A stretch of DNA of 64,000 bases from an uncultured Bacilli bacterium (GCA_944332295.1 CALVJR010000002.1:72589-136588), one strand, 5' to 3'; shown: positions 39,867-53,410, numbered from the stretch's first letter. Program-made: numbers and translations. The notes: generated by a model from the letters alone, not told the origin.

Positions 39867-40806
39867 GTTCTTTTTTTCCTTTCTCGCAGCGGTTTCCCCA
39901 GGAATCTAATAATTTATCATCTTTTTTTATGCAAATAATTTCACAATTATTAGGACATCCTGAACAGTTGATACTTGATGTTTCAAATTCTTCTTCTATA
40001 ATGTCAAAAGAAAAGTTAATTTCTGGTTCTTTTTTAGAAAGAATCGCTACTCCTAGGGCTCCCATTAGGTGTCCATTTTCATCAGTAATGATTTTTTCAT
40101 TTAATATTTTTTCAAAAGCTTTTACAACACCAATGTTTTTAGATACTCCTCCTTGAAAGATAATAGGGGAGGCTATCTTTTTTCCTTTTCCAACATTATT
40201 TAAATAATTTAGAGCAACACTTTTACAAAGACCTGCAACAATGTCTTCTTTTTTATGACCCATTTGTGCTTTATGAACTAAATCACTTTCTGCAAATACG
40301 GTACATCTAGCAGCAATAGGAGTAGGATTATTACTTGTTAGTGCAATAGAACCAAACTCTTCTACAGGGATATCTAGTCTTTCTGCTTGACTAGAAAGAA
40401 AAGCTCCTGTACCTGCTGCACAGAGTGTATTCATCGCATAATCTATTACTACTTGGTCTTTTAATAAAATGATTTTGGAGTCTTGTCCTCCAATTTCGAT
40501 AATGGTTTTAATATCTGGATATTTTGATAGTGTTCCAATGGCATGAGCAGTAATTTCATTTTTTATAATATTTGCTCCTAGAATGGTACCTACTAATTTT
40601 CTTGCTGAACCTGTTGTTCCGACACCTACTACTTTATAATTTTTTGGTAGTTGTTTTTTTATTTCTACTAAAACTTCTTTTACTGCTTTTAGTGGATTTC
40701 CTTTGGTCCAAAGATAGGTGCTTGCTACAATGTTATTATCTTTATCAATTACAACACCTTTTGTGGAAATGGAACCGATATCAATCCCTAGATAAGCTTT
40801 TGTCAA
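39841..40806 (-). CDS. CoA-substrate-specific enzyme activase (BadF/BadG/BcrA/BcrD ATPase, HgdC-like) with a C-terminal Cys cluster
   Basis: N-terminal LGIDIGSISTKGVV, actin-like ATPase motifs, and C-terminal CSGCPNNC. Confidence 0.75.
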   Translation of the reverse strand: MTKAYLGIDIGSISTKGVVIDKDNNIVASTYLWTKGNPLKAVKEVLVEIKKQLPKNYKVVGVGTTGSARKLVGTILGANIIKNEITAHAIGTLSKYPDIKTIIEIGGQDSKIILLKDQVVIDYAMNTLCAAGTGAFLSSQAERLDIPVEEFGSIALTSNNPTPIAARCTVFAESDLVHKAQMGHKKEDIVAGLCKSVALNYLNNVGKGKKIASPIIFQGGVSKNIGVVKAFEKILNEKIITDENGHLMGALGVAILSKKEPEINFSFDIIEEEFETSSINCSGCPNNCEIICIKKDDKLLDSWGNRCEKGKKELKNDMLEL

Positions 40807-41869
40807 CTTTATTCCTCCTTATCGTAATTAAATCTTTGAATGCTTCTAATCTAGTATTTATCCCTTCTGATCCTGTTTCTGAATCATAGGAGAAGAATAT
40901 AATAGGAATTTCATAATTGTTACACACTTTTTGAATGATTGGTATTGCTGTTATTTCTGGCGTACAGCCAAATGGCTTTATATGAATAATTCCATCATAT
41001 TTTTTCTTACCTAAATAAATAGAACGATAAACATTATCTAGACCATCTGCTCCTAATTTATATTTACAATATTTTTTTGCTTTTTTTCGCATACTTCGTC
41101 TTAATAGTCGTTTTTGCCATAATAAGTAAGACAGGTTAGTAAATCTTTTAATTTCTATATGTTCTTTTGCTAGTTCTTTCTCTAGGTCATAATTAGAATA
41201 TGGTTCCATGGATGTATATAATTCGCCAATAATTCCAACTCTTAAACAATTTTTTGGTTTATTGATTTTTATTTTTTTAAATCTTTTTTTATATTTTTTA
41301 TATAATAATGTTAATTTTATTATGGATGATGTTTTGTTAAATGTACGAAACATTTTTTTTTGAAGAGTTTGATGTGCATTTTTTTCTACTTCAAATCCTA
41401 TATTTTTTCTAATTATTTTATCTATCTCATCCATATAAAAAATATATAGTAAAGTATAAATAACACTATGAATGAAGTGAGAAAGTGTTAATGTTGGATT
41501 AATTTCTTTAAAGATATTATAGGTGTTTTTCCAATTAATTTTGTCTTGTTTTATTAATTTATAAAATTTAAATTCATATCCTAAGTCTTTTAGAATAGTT
41601 TCTGTTACTTCGGCATAATATCGATATCTGCATCCTCCTCCGGCTGTAAATAAGACATTTGCACCTTGCTCTAGACTTTCAATAAAGTTACCTAAATTAT
41701 ATTTGAAGGGAATACAAACTGTATCTGGTGCGTACTTTGTTCCGAGTTCTAGTGTTTTTTTTGTGATAGGTGGTGCTGGTATAATTTTATCTTTGGTGAG
41801 TAGTGACAATAATTTTGATATGGGATGATAGTAATTTCCTAGATGTGGAAAACTAATTATATTATTCAT
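40781..41869 (-). CDS. activase-associated dehydratase-like protein (DUF2229 / 2-hydroxyacyl-CoA dehydratase-related)
   Basis: Co-oriented and overlapping with the activase gene; Cys-containing family. The homology is recalled from memory, not verified. Confidence 0.4.
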   Translation of the reverse strand: MNNIISFPHLGNYYHPISKLLSLLTKDKIIPAPPITKKTLELGTKYAPDTVCIPFKYNLGNFIESLEQGANVLFTAGGGCRYRYYAEVTETILKDLGYEFKFYKLIKQDKINWKNTYNIFKEINPTLTLSHFIHSVIYTLLYIFYMDEIDKIIRKNIGFEVEKNAHQTLQKKMFRTFNKTSSIIKLTLLYKKYKKRFKKIKINKPKNCLRVGIIGELYTSMEPYSNYDLEKELAKEHIEIKRFTNLSYLLWQKRLLRRSMRKKAKKYCKYKLGADGLDNVYRSIYLGKKKYDGIIHIKPFGCTPEITAIPIIQKVCNNYEIPIIFFSYDSETGSEGINTRLEAFKDLITIRRNKVDKSLSRD

Positions 41870-42701
41870 GAGGATTCTCCTTTAAATTATTTAAAATATC
41901 TATGAAGCTTTCTAATCTAGTAATAATCCCGGCGTCATTATTTAAATCTTCAAAGATTAAGGTGATGATTGGAATTTTTTTAATTTTATGACAGATTTGC
42001 TCATTCATTAACGAATCTGGTCCACAAGGGAAAGATGAAATTAGAATGATACCATCTACTATATTTTCATAGTATTTTGTACTTGCAACGATTTCTTTAT
42101 TGTGAGTCCAGTGAATATCTGTTGATATTTTTCTACATTCTTCATCTACTATCGTATGATTAATTTTGTCACTATATAGTATTGTTATATTATTTTCTTT
42201 TAAAAAGTCGATTACTGATTTTCCAATTAAAGAATCATATAGATTATATGGATGACCTGCTAATAGTATTTTGATTTTATTTTTACTTTCTTCTATTTCT
42301 TTTTCTTGCATTAATTCTTGCTTTCTTTGTTTCATTTTTTTTATTTTTTCTGCATATTTATATGCTTTATAAGATTTTATGTAAGAAAAACCTAGTTGTT
42401 CTCCAATATTTAAGAAACCTAATAATTGATAATTTTTAGTGGAGACGTCTACATTATAATTTAAAATATTTACGTCAAATAAGCTATTTACTAAATCATA
42501 TAAGGCATTAAAATTAGTACATACTTGTTCATTTTTCTTTAATGAATATAATCTGGGTATCAATATATAGTCGCATTTATCTTTTAATTCTAGTATATGA
42601 CCTAAATATACTTTTAAGGATAGACAAGCTTCGGATGGTGCTAATTTTGTTCCAAGGTCTACCATTTTTTTGTTGGTGTTAGGACTGATTACTATATTCA
42701 A
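41862..42701 (-). CDS. second DUF2229-like activase-associated protein; the N-terminus may extend upstream with a non-ATG start
   Basis: Paralogue of the previous gene. The reading frame stays open about 32 codons upstream of the annotated ATG (to 42797), where there is a GAGGA RBS and an ATT codon. Confidence 0.4.
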   Translation of the reverse strand: MNIVISPNTNKKMVDLGTKLAPSEACLSLKVYLGHILELKDKCDYILIPRLYSLKKNEQVCTNFNALYDLVNSLFDVNILNYNVDVSTKNYQLLGFLNIGEQLGFSYIKSYKAYKYAEKIKKMKQRKQELMQEKEIEESKNKIKILLAGHPYNLYDSLIGKSVIDFLKENNITILYSDKINHTIVDEECRKISTDIHWTHNKEIVASTKYYENIVDGIILISSFPCGPDSLMNEQICHKIKKIPIITLIFEDLNNDAGIITRLESFIDILNNLKENPHE

Positions 42702-42933
42702 TCCTAATTTTTTTAAGAATTCAATCCATAAATCTTTATCATAGTAGTAAAGTAATGCTCTTGGTATTCCAATTGTAGTTTTGATAATATCACGTCCTCA
42801 TTTTACTTTATGACAGTATCTTTTAAAAAATAATTTTTTCTTTCGACAATTTTTATTGTGAAAATTGTTGAGGATTTATTCTATTTTTGATAAACTATGT
42901 TATAATGTATAAGTATGGAAGGAGTAGAATATA

Positions 42934-43503
42934 ATGAATAATAAGAGTAAAAAAATAGTTATAGGAATTGCAATTGCAGTTGGTGTTATTTTAGTTTGTG
43001 CATTATGTTATTTTGCTTCATCTGCAGTTAGTGCTGAAGCAGGAGATAATTATAGCGAGTCTGATAATAGTAGTTCTAGTGCTGCTAATAGTGCTGCAGA
43101 TATGACTGCTCGTGCTCAAGAAGAGAGTGCAAATGTTCCTGATGATGAGCAAAAGGATTTTAATGATATTGATATTGATGAATACTTAGACCTTTACGAG
43201 GGTAGTAAAAATAGTATTGTATTATTTTCTAGACCTACTTGTGGTTATTGCCAAATTGCAGAACCAATCTTACATCATATAGCATATCAATATGATCTTA
43301 CTATTAATCATATTAATACTGATGAGATGTCTTCTGATGATGAAACTAAATTAGTTGAGTCTGATGAATATTTTAGTGGAGGTTTTGGTACACCATTGTT
43401 ACTTGTTGTTTCAAATGGAGAAATTGTTGATATAGTTAGCGGGCTAGTGGATACTGAAAGTTATGTTAGCTTCTTTACTGATAATGGTTTTATTAGTGAA
43501 TAG
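42934..43503 (+). CDS. membrane-anchored thioredoxin-fold protein (CxxC)
   Basis: N-terminal TM, acidic Ser-rich linker, then RPTCGYCQ in a thioredoxin-like context. Confidence 0.55.
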   Translation: MNNKSKKIVIGIAIAVGVILVCALCYFASSAVSAEAGDNYSESDNSSSSAANSAADMTARAQEESANVPDDEQKDFNDIDIDEYLDLYEGSKNSIVLFSRPTCGYCQIAEPILHHIAYQYDLTINHINTDEMSSDDETKLVESDEYFSGGFGTPLLLVVSNGEIVDIVSGLVDTESYVSFFTDNGFISE

Positions 43504-43516
43504 GAAAGGGTAATTT

Positions 43517-43960
43517 ATGAAAAGTGTATATGAGTTAGCATTAGAGTTTAAAAAAAGACATCCTCTTACTGTTGGATGGAGAATTAGACAGAATTCCTCT
43601 GTCGTAGAAAAGCACTTAAATGATGACGAACAAGTTTTGTATGTTTTTGTAGCTCAGAAGAATAATAATCCATTTAATATTTTAGGAACAGCTGTTATTG
43701 CAATTACAAATAAGAGGATATTGATTGGTAGAAAAAGGGTAGTAATAGGATATTTTCTAAATTCTATTACTCCAGATATGTTTAATGACCTAAAAGTTAC
43801 TAGTGGTATTCTCTGGGGAAAAATATACATCGATACTGTGAAGGAATTTATTGCATTATCTAATATTTCTAAAGATGCTTTAGCAGAGATAGAAAATGCG
43901 ATATCTTCATATATGATGGAAGAAAAAAAGAAGTACGGTATTAATCCGGTACAAAAATAA
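43517..43960 (+). CDS. bacterial PH-domain-like protein (DUF304/YdbT-like)
   Basis: 147 aa; the pattern is weakly reminiscent of bPH_2. Confidence 0.3.
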   Translation: MKSVYELALEFKKRHPLTVGWRIRQNSSVVEKHLNDDEQVLYVFVAQKNNNPFNILGTAVIAITNKRILIGRKRVVIGYFLNSITPDMFNDLKVTSGILWGKIYIDTVKEFIALSNISKDALAEIENAISSYMMEEKKKYGINPVQK

Positions 43961-44008
43961 CTTTTTTTCTTTCTTTTTTTTTGATATACTAATTACAGTG
44001 GTGGTCTT

Positions 44009-45250
44009 ATGAAAAAACTTTTACCAATCTTAATTTTGCTTGCATTTGTTGCTTTTTGCTACCAAATTATAGTTACTTTTTTTATTACCGAGCATGAGAT
44101 TAATTATTCTTTAATTGCTTCTGATCAAAGACATTATACTATTTCTGAGAAATATCAAAGAGATGGTGAAAGACACTATTATTCTTTTTTAATAAAATCA
44201 AAAAATAAACATTATACTACTGCGGTTTTTAATGATTTCAATAAACAAGATAGAGTTATTACCGATATTAAATATTATAAAAAAAATAATTTACAATGTA
44301 TTTTTCCTATTTATAAGAGAAATCATACTTTTGATGTGGCTTGTTTACTTGATAATCAACAAGTATCTCCTTTTTATTTGTTAGAAAGTGGTAATTCGGA
44401 TTTTTCATTTATTTCAAAAAAATTTTCAGAAGAGGGTTATGATGAACGGTATTATAAATTAGAAGAAAATATTACAGAAGAAGAGAACCTATCTATTTAT
44501 TACGATTACATTCCTAAAAATTATTTGTTTGCTATTTGGAATTATCGAGGAATTTATATAGTTAATTCGGATGGTATTGAAAATAAAGTTTTTTTGAATG
44601 AGGATCATTATGAAAATAATTTATCTATTGTGGCTGGTAAATATTATGTTACTGTTAATACTGATGATGAAGAAGAGCAGTTAAATTATAATCAAATTAT
44701 TCTTTATAATTTACAGGATGGGGGAAAATCGTTGGTAGAAGTTGATTTGTCACAGGATTCTTATTTTAATGGTACATTTAATGATAAGGTTTATATTACT
44801 GATCCTAAGGCAAAAGTTCAGTATGTCTTAGATCCAAGTAAGAAAACAATTCAGGAAGTAAATCAACCTAAAGAGATTATTAACTCGCAGTTGAAGAATG
44901 CAGGTAAAGATTTTTTTGATTCTTTACATGTAGATAATAATAAGGTTAATAATAAGAAAATTTCTTCTTTATATGATACTACTGATATTAAGAAAAATGG
45001 TGAGGATTACTATTTTAAAACTAAAGATGGAGAATTGTATCGAGTTATTCAGAATGATTATGAACATCCCATTTTATTATGTCAATTCGATGATATTAAA
45101 GAATGGCAAGTTCATGACGATGGGCTTAGTTTTATTGTTGATGATACTTTATATTTTTATAGTGACATTTATGGTGTTAAACCTGTTGTTAAAAACTTGG
45201 AGTTTAAATATAACTATAAAAATATTACTCATTTCATTAGAGAGGAATAA
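44009..45250 (+). CDS. membrane-anchored or secreted hypothetical protein (413 aa)
   Basis: N-terminal TM or signal segment; Tyr/Asn-rich. Confidence 0.4.
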   Translation: MKKLLPILILLAFVAFCYQIIVTFFITEHEINYSLIASDQRHYTISEKYQRDGERHYYSFLIKSKNKHYTTAVFNDFNKQDRVITDIKYYKKNNLQCIFPIYKRNHTFDVACLLDNQQVSPFYLLESGNSDFSFISKKFSEEGYDERYYKLEENITEEENLSIYYDYIPKNYLFAIWNYRGIYIVNSDGIENKVFLNEDHYENNLSIVAGKYYVTVNTDDEEEQLNYNQIILYNLQDGGKSLVEVDLSQDSYFNGTFNDKVYITDPKAKVQYVLDPSKKTIQEVNQPKEIINSQLKNAGKDFFDSLHVDNNKVNNKKISSLYDTTDIKKNGEDYYFKTKDGELYRVIQNDYEHPILLCQFDDIKEWQVHDDGLSFIVDDTLYFYSDIYGVKPVVKNLEFKYNYKNITHFIREE

Positions 45251-45339
45251 AATCCTCTTTTTTTCATATAATGAATTAAGAAAAAAATAAAAATATTATT
45301 GAAATTTTATATGAGCTTTGATATAATCATAAGTGCAAT

Positions 45340-45413
45340 GGGGCTTTAGCCAAGTGGTAAGGCGTGGGTCTGCAACACCCTGATCACCGGTTCAAATCCG
45401 GTAGGCCCCTCCA
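45340..45413 (+). tRNA. tRNA-Cys (anticodon GCA)
   Basis: Cloverleaf, CTGCAAC loop, discriminator U, CCA. Confidence 0.85.
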
Positions 45414-45414
45414 T

Positions 45415-45489
45415 GCGGATGTAGTTTAGTGGTTAGAATACGGCCTTGCCAAGGCTGTGACGGGGATTCGATTTCCCTCATCCGCTCCA
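45415..45489 (+). tRNA. tRNA-Gly (anticodon GCC)
   Basis: TTGCCAA loop, CCA; 1-nt spacer after tRNA-Cys. Confidence 0.85.
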
Positions 45490-45528
45490 TAAGGTAAAAT
45501 CGTCGCACCAATGTGACGTTAATGATTA

Positions 45529-45556
45529 AATCAATCTGAAAAGATTGATTTTTTTG
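45529..45556 (+). terminator. rho-independent terminator after tRNA-Cys/tRNA-Gly
   Basis: AATCAATCT-GAAA-AGATTGATT hairpin plus T6. Confidence 0.7.
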
Positions 45557-45587
45557 TGCGTTATTGCAAAGAAAGGTGTGATGTGAT

Positions 45588-45860
45588 ATGATTAAAATAA
45601 TTAAAAAGAAAATCAATATGAGTGATGAACTCAAAACCAAAATTAATTGGTCTTGCAAATTTAATAACAGACCCTACCAGATTATTGAGGGTCACCTAAG
45701 AATTGTGGAACATACAAATCTAGCGTATGTTGAGCCACACAAAGTAATTATTGGAGAAACACTATATTTATTCTTCAATGAACAAAAACATTTTTATATT
45801 GGGAATTTAAAGAAGAAAATCCCTATCGCTGATTTATCAGAGTACATAGCAAGGCATTAA
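45588..45860 (+). CDS. small protein A (90 aa); paralogue of 50527..50817, and each precedes a large serine recombinase
   Basis: Shared block ...GHL-I-(E/D)(H/N)TN(L/I)-(Y/I)-EPH(K/R)(V/I)I... between the two small proteins. Confidence 0.5.
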   Translation: MIKIIKKKINMSDELKTKINWSCKFNNRPYQIIEGHLRIVEHTNLAYVEPHKVIIGETLYLFFNEQKHFYIGNLKKKIPIADLSEYIARH

Positions 45861-45928
45861 TTAATTGAGAGTTTATATACTCCCACAATATTGGTTTATT
45901 TTGTCGTGTAAATAAATTAATATGTTAG

Positions 45929-47833
<1,905 letters not shown>

Positions 47834-47836
47834 ATT

Positions 47837-48190
47837 ATGGAATTAAAATATACAAAAACTGGTGATTATGAATTACCAAATTTAACTTTAAATGATAATA
47901 AAAAAGGAACAATTAATAAGTATGGAATGTTAAGGCTTGATTATTTAAAGCAACATAAAAAAGCACTTTATATCACACTTTTAATGAAAGATGAACTTAC
48001 TAATCATCTTGTTTCAGTAAGTAAAGATGCAGAAAATTTATTAAATAATATGATGGAAAGTTATAAAAAATCAGATGAAAAACTATCTGAAAAAAGTAAA
48101 GAAATTAATCAACTTGAATGGGTAAAATTGATGAATAATTATAAAAATATGGCTGAGGAAATAATTTTAAAGGAGTTAATATATGTATGA
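47837..48190 (+). CDS. TnpV-like transposon protein (117 aa)
   Basis: Tightly coupled downstream of the recombinase as in Tn4451. Pattern YTKTGDYELPNL...KYGMLRLDYLKQH...LEWVKLMNN resembles the TnpV family as I recall it. Confidence 0.45.
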   Translation: MELKYTKTGDYELPNLTLNDNKKGTINKYGMLRLDYLKQHKKALYITLLMKDELTNHLVSVSKDAENLLNNMMESYKKSDEKLSEKSKEINQLEWVKLMNNYKNMAEEIILKELIYV

Positions 48191-48285
48191 TGTTGTCTAT
48201 AAGCAAGCACTGAATTTGTACTCCCGTACAAATTCTATTATGGGAATTCCCATACCCTTAAATTTTAGAAAGGAGACCTTAAATT

Positions 48286-48657
48286 ATGAGAATAAGAAAT
48301 AATAAAGTTAATGTATTTTTAAGTGATGATGAAAAATTTATTTTAAAAAGAGATTCTTCAAAACTAAAATTATCTCAATCTGAATATATTAGAAATTTAA
48401 TTATAGGATATGAGATTAAAATTCCAGAAGTCAAAGAAGAACAAAAGTCTAAAAAAGATGAATATATTATAGAGAATATTGCCAAATCATTAGAAGAAAA
48501 TATTGAATGCTTAATTAAAGTAAAAAATAAATTTCATTATCTTGGATATTTTGAAGATGAACGAGCAATCGGAGCTAAAATTGAATATTTAAAATTGCAA
48601 AATAGCACATTAAAAAAATATATTCCTATTGAAAATGATAAAGACAATGCCAACTAA
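48286..48657 (+). CDS. ribbon-helix-helix protein (MobC-like)
   Basis: N-terminal motif VFLSDDEKFILKRDSSKLKLSQSEYIRNLI, typical of MobC-type relaxosome accessory proteins. Confidence 0.4.
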   Translation: MRIRNNKVNVFLSDDEKFILKRDSSKLKLSQSEYIRNLIIGYEIKIPEVKEEQKSKKDEYIIENIAKSLEENIECLIKVKNKFHYLGYFEDERAIGAKIEYLKLQNSTLKKYIPIENDKDNAN

Positions 48658-50270
48658 ACATTGTCTTTTAATAATAATTTATGATTATCAAAGTGATAAA
48701 ACTTATTACATATTTCATTTATTTTTTCATTATGTGTAGCAATTATTAATGTTTTATCTTTAAAGTGTTTTAATATAAAATCCACTACAATTTCTTCCGT
48801 ATGTTTATCTAAATTAGATGTAGGTTCATCTAAAATATAAACATCTTTTCCCATTAGATAACTTCTTAAAATATTTATTCTTCTTTTTTGTCCAGTTGAA
48901 AGCTTTAATCCTTTTTCGCCAACTATTGTATATATTCCATCTTCAAACATTAGAATTTCATCTAGTTCTAATTCTTTTAAATAATTTATTATTTTTTCAT
49001 CTGAAATATTCTTATCTAAACATAAATTTTCTTTTATAGTCATATTAAATAATTCTATTTCTTGACTTACAACACCTATGTCAAGTCTATAATCTCTCAT
49101 ATTATTTTCATCTATTTTAGCCTGTCCTTTATAGATAGTTATATTTCCTAAAATCAAGTTTATTATAGATGTTTTGCCTTGACCAGATTTCCCAGTTATT
49201 GAAATTTTATCTTTGTTTTTTATTATCATATTATCAACTTTAATATTAAAATTAGATTCTTTATATTTTAAATCTATATTTGATAATTCTATTTTATTAA
49301 AATTAGTTAATAACTCTCTTTCATCCAATTTACTAAATAATTGAACACATTTTTTCTTTAATGCTTTTAATTCAAAACCACTAACTATTGTTCCAGACAA
49401 TTCATCAAATATAAATCCCATTTCTAAATAAATAGATATATAAAATGTAATTATTCCTAGTGTATCAATTCCATTAGATAAATCTACAACTGCTTTTATA
49501 ATTGCTAATGCAAAAGGTATCACTATTAAAATATTTCTTATAAGTTCTTCTAATGAATAGCATTTAACATACTTATTTTGCTTTTTATAACATTCTTTTC
49601 CTTCTTTTGATACAATTTTTTCAAAATATTTGTTATCGTTCAATGCTTTGACAGTTCTAATATTACTAATAAAATCTTGATATACAGATGAATACTCATA
49701 TTCTTTATCATACAATTCTTCAACGTGTTTATTAGATTTTTTTAATATATATACACTTATCATAACACATAAAATACTTAATACTAATGATACTAAGAAT
49801 AAAATTTTCGATTGTTGAAATACAGTAAAAAAGAAAAATCCAAAAGATAATAATATTCCTATGTATTCTGCACTAAGAATCTTTTTAACTAATTCAGATA
49901 TCTTTTCTATTATATTTTCTAAATATCCCGTTTGATACTTAGATAAAGTTTCTACTGGCACTTTTGTTAATTTCTTGTAATATTCTAAATATTGAACATT
50001 AGAATAATCATATAAATAATTATCCATAACTTTTCTTTCTAAATATAATACAAAACATCTAACTGATTTAGAAGCAATAAATATTGAAGCAACAATTATT
50101 GCTTTTTCAACAGTAAAAGGCATTGTTAAAAAAAGAGCAAAAGTATAAGGAATAACGTAGTAAATAAAATCTAAAAAAGCCTCAATAAACAAGCATAAAA
50201 AAACTTTTTTTCTGTCTAATAATCCAAATATAAAATTAATGTTGTTTTTTTTCATCTTAATCCTCACCAC
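48654..50270 (-). CDS. ABC exporter, fused permease (6 TM) plus ATPase, 538 aa
   Basis: Walker A GKSGQGKTS, signature LSTGQKRR, Walker B ILDEPTSNLD; TM domain N-terminal. Confidence 0.75.
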   Translation of the reverse strand: MVRIKMKKNNINFIFGLLDRKKVFLCLFIEAFLDFIYYVIPYTFALFLTMPFTVEKAIIVASIFIASKSVRCFVLYLERKVMDNYLYDYSNVQYLEYYKKLTKVPVETLSKYQTGYLENIIEKISELVKKILSAEYIGILLSFGFFFFTVFQQSKILFLVSLVLSILCVMISVYILKKSNKHVEELYDKEYEYSSVYQDFISNIRTVKALNDNKYFEKIVSKEGKECYKKQNKYVKCYSLEELIRNILIVIPFALAIIKAVVDLSNGIDTLGIITFYISIYLEMGFIFDELSGTIVSGFELKALKKKCVQLFSKLDERELLTNFNKIELSNIDLKYKESNFNIKVDNMIIKNKDKISITGKSGQGKTSIINLILGNITIYKGQAKIDENNMRDYRLDIGVVSQEIELFNMTIKENLCLDKNISDEKIINYLKELELDEILMFEDGIYTIVGEKGLKLSTGQKRRINILRSYLMGKDVYILDEPTSNLDKHTEEIVVDFILKHFKDKTLIIATHNEKINEICNKFYHFDNHKLLLKDNV

Positions 50271-50526
50271 ATAGTATTTTCTTACAAGTAAATTATACTA
50301 TATTTTGACATTTTTTTCTATACTACCTTGAAAATATCTAGGAAAATGATATAATTGATTCATCAGAGAGATTTAATCAATCTTGGGAGTATAATTTTCT
50401 CATACGTGTATAGTTTAGGCTCCATTGAGGTTGAAAGTCGCACATTTGGCGATTTCTATATAAAGAAAAGTTCATAGTATTTGATACTATGGACTTTTTT
50501 CATGCTCAAAGGAGGGATGAATATTT

Positions 50527-50817
50527 ATGAAAACAGTCATAACAGAATTACCTTTTCCTTGTGAAATTAAAAACAAAATTAAAATGAAAGTTAGTACAGG
50601 AAATTTGGAAATTAATTTTTTGTCGGGACATCTTATCAAAATCGATAATACCAATATCAGTATAGAAGAACCGCATCGAATTATTGTAAAGAAAGATAAT
50701 ATGATATTACTTGCTATGCTTTATAATAATGAAGATAAAATATATTTACCAAATAATAATATCATCATTACTTTAACCAAATACATTTCCATTCTAAACT
50801 CTATAAATAAAATTTAA
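50527..50817 (+). CDS. small protein B (96 aa), paralogue of 45588..45860
   Basis: See small protein A; RBS AAAGGAGGGATGAATATTT ATG. Confidence 0.5.
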   Translation: MKTVITELPFPCEIKNKIKMKVSTGNLEINFLSGHLIKIDNTNISIEEPHRIIVKKDNMILLAMLYNNEDKIYLPNNNIIITLTKYISILNSINKI

Positions 50818-50987
50818 AAAAATTTTTGGGGGTATATTTTTATTTAATAGTTTAATTAATGGTTTATTTTAACCATTTGCTTAATAATTTAAACATTTTT
50901 GTAAAATTCAGTTCGACTATTTTTCCTACTAAAATTCCTATAAAATTCCCTACTGACTTTTCGATTGTCAAGTTTTATAATTAAGTA

Positions 50988-51007
50988 AGGTAGACAAATT
51001 TCTACCT
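50988..51007. repeat. perfect palindrome AGGTAGA-CAAATT-TCTACCT upstream of recombinase 2
   Basis: 7-bp arms. Same AGGT...ACCT arm ends as the 45932-45955 palindrome before recombinase 1, but not followed by a T run. Confidence 0.6.
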
Positions 51008-51055
51008 AATAATGATTAGGACTTAGTCTTTATATAATTTTTAGTTATTGTTTGA

Positions 51056-51087
51056 AACACAAGGAAAATTACTCCCTTGTGTTTTTT
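51056..51087 (+). terminator. hairpin AACACAAGG...CCTTGTGTT plus T6 immediately upstream of recombinase 2
   Basis: Read directly. Confidence 0.55.
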
Positions 51088-51115
51088 CGTGTGCAAAGGA
51101 GTTGGTAAAAAATAA

Positions 51116-52858
<1,743 letters not shown>

Positions 52859-53056
52859 AACTATCTCAATTTTTTATTTTAAAAGGGGGTTATATATTGA
52901 ATGAATTTTTTAAATATCTACTACCACAGTTATTAAGTTATTTTGGTAGTGAAAAACTAGTTTTAGAGGACTTTATACCTAAAGCAATAGAAAATCATTA
53001 CGGAAATCTATTGCTTCCGTATGAGCCAAATAATAAAGAAAATATGGAGAATAAAG

Positions 53057-53299
53057 ATGATGAAATTAACAAATGAAGATATTAATAAAAATCATGTGGA
53101 TACTATTTCTCAATATTATGTATTAGATTATCTAAAAAGGCAGCTTAACATTAACGAATTTGAAATTTATCTATATGACAAAGATACAATAAAAGTCATT
53201 GATAAAAACCTAGAAACTGGGTACTTTAAATATAATAGTTGCACCAAAAATATAGACTTTTTTGAGAATTTGGAAAATGAGCGAGAAATGGAAATTTAA
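53057..53299 (+). CDS. hypothetical small protein (81 aa from the ATG after GGAGA)
   Basis: ORF with RBS; the upstream in-frame extension is unlikely. Confidence 0.3.
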   Translation: MMKLTNEDINKNHVDTISQYYVLDYLKRQLNINEFEIYLYDKDTIKVIDKNLETGYFKYNSCTKNIDFFENLENEREMEI

Positions 53300-53410
53300 A
53301 CACTTTTTTATAAAAAGGTAATACCTCTAAAGACTTATAAAATAAGGGAAAATCGAAGGTGTGTATTACCAAATGTGTCAAATTGTGGTTATTTCGGCAA
53401 GTGCCGAAAA

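Noticed and set aside
39863-40889. Plus-strand ORFs 39863..40156 and 40572..40889
   Set aside because: Antisense to the conserved HgdC-like activase.
52898-53083. TTG-initiated 61-codon ORF after GGGGG between recombinase 2 and the next gene
   Set aside because: Possible but unsupported; it overlaps the better-supported ATG start at 53057 and no conservation can be assessed.
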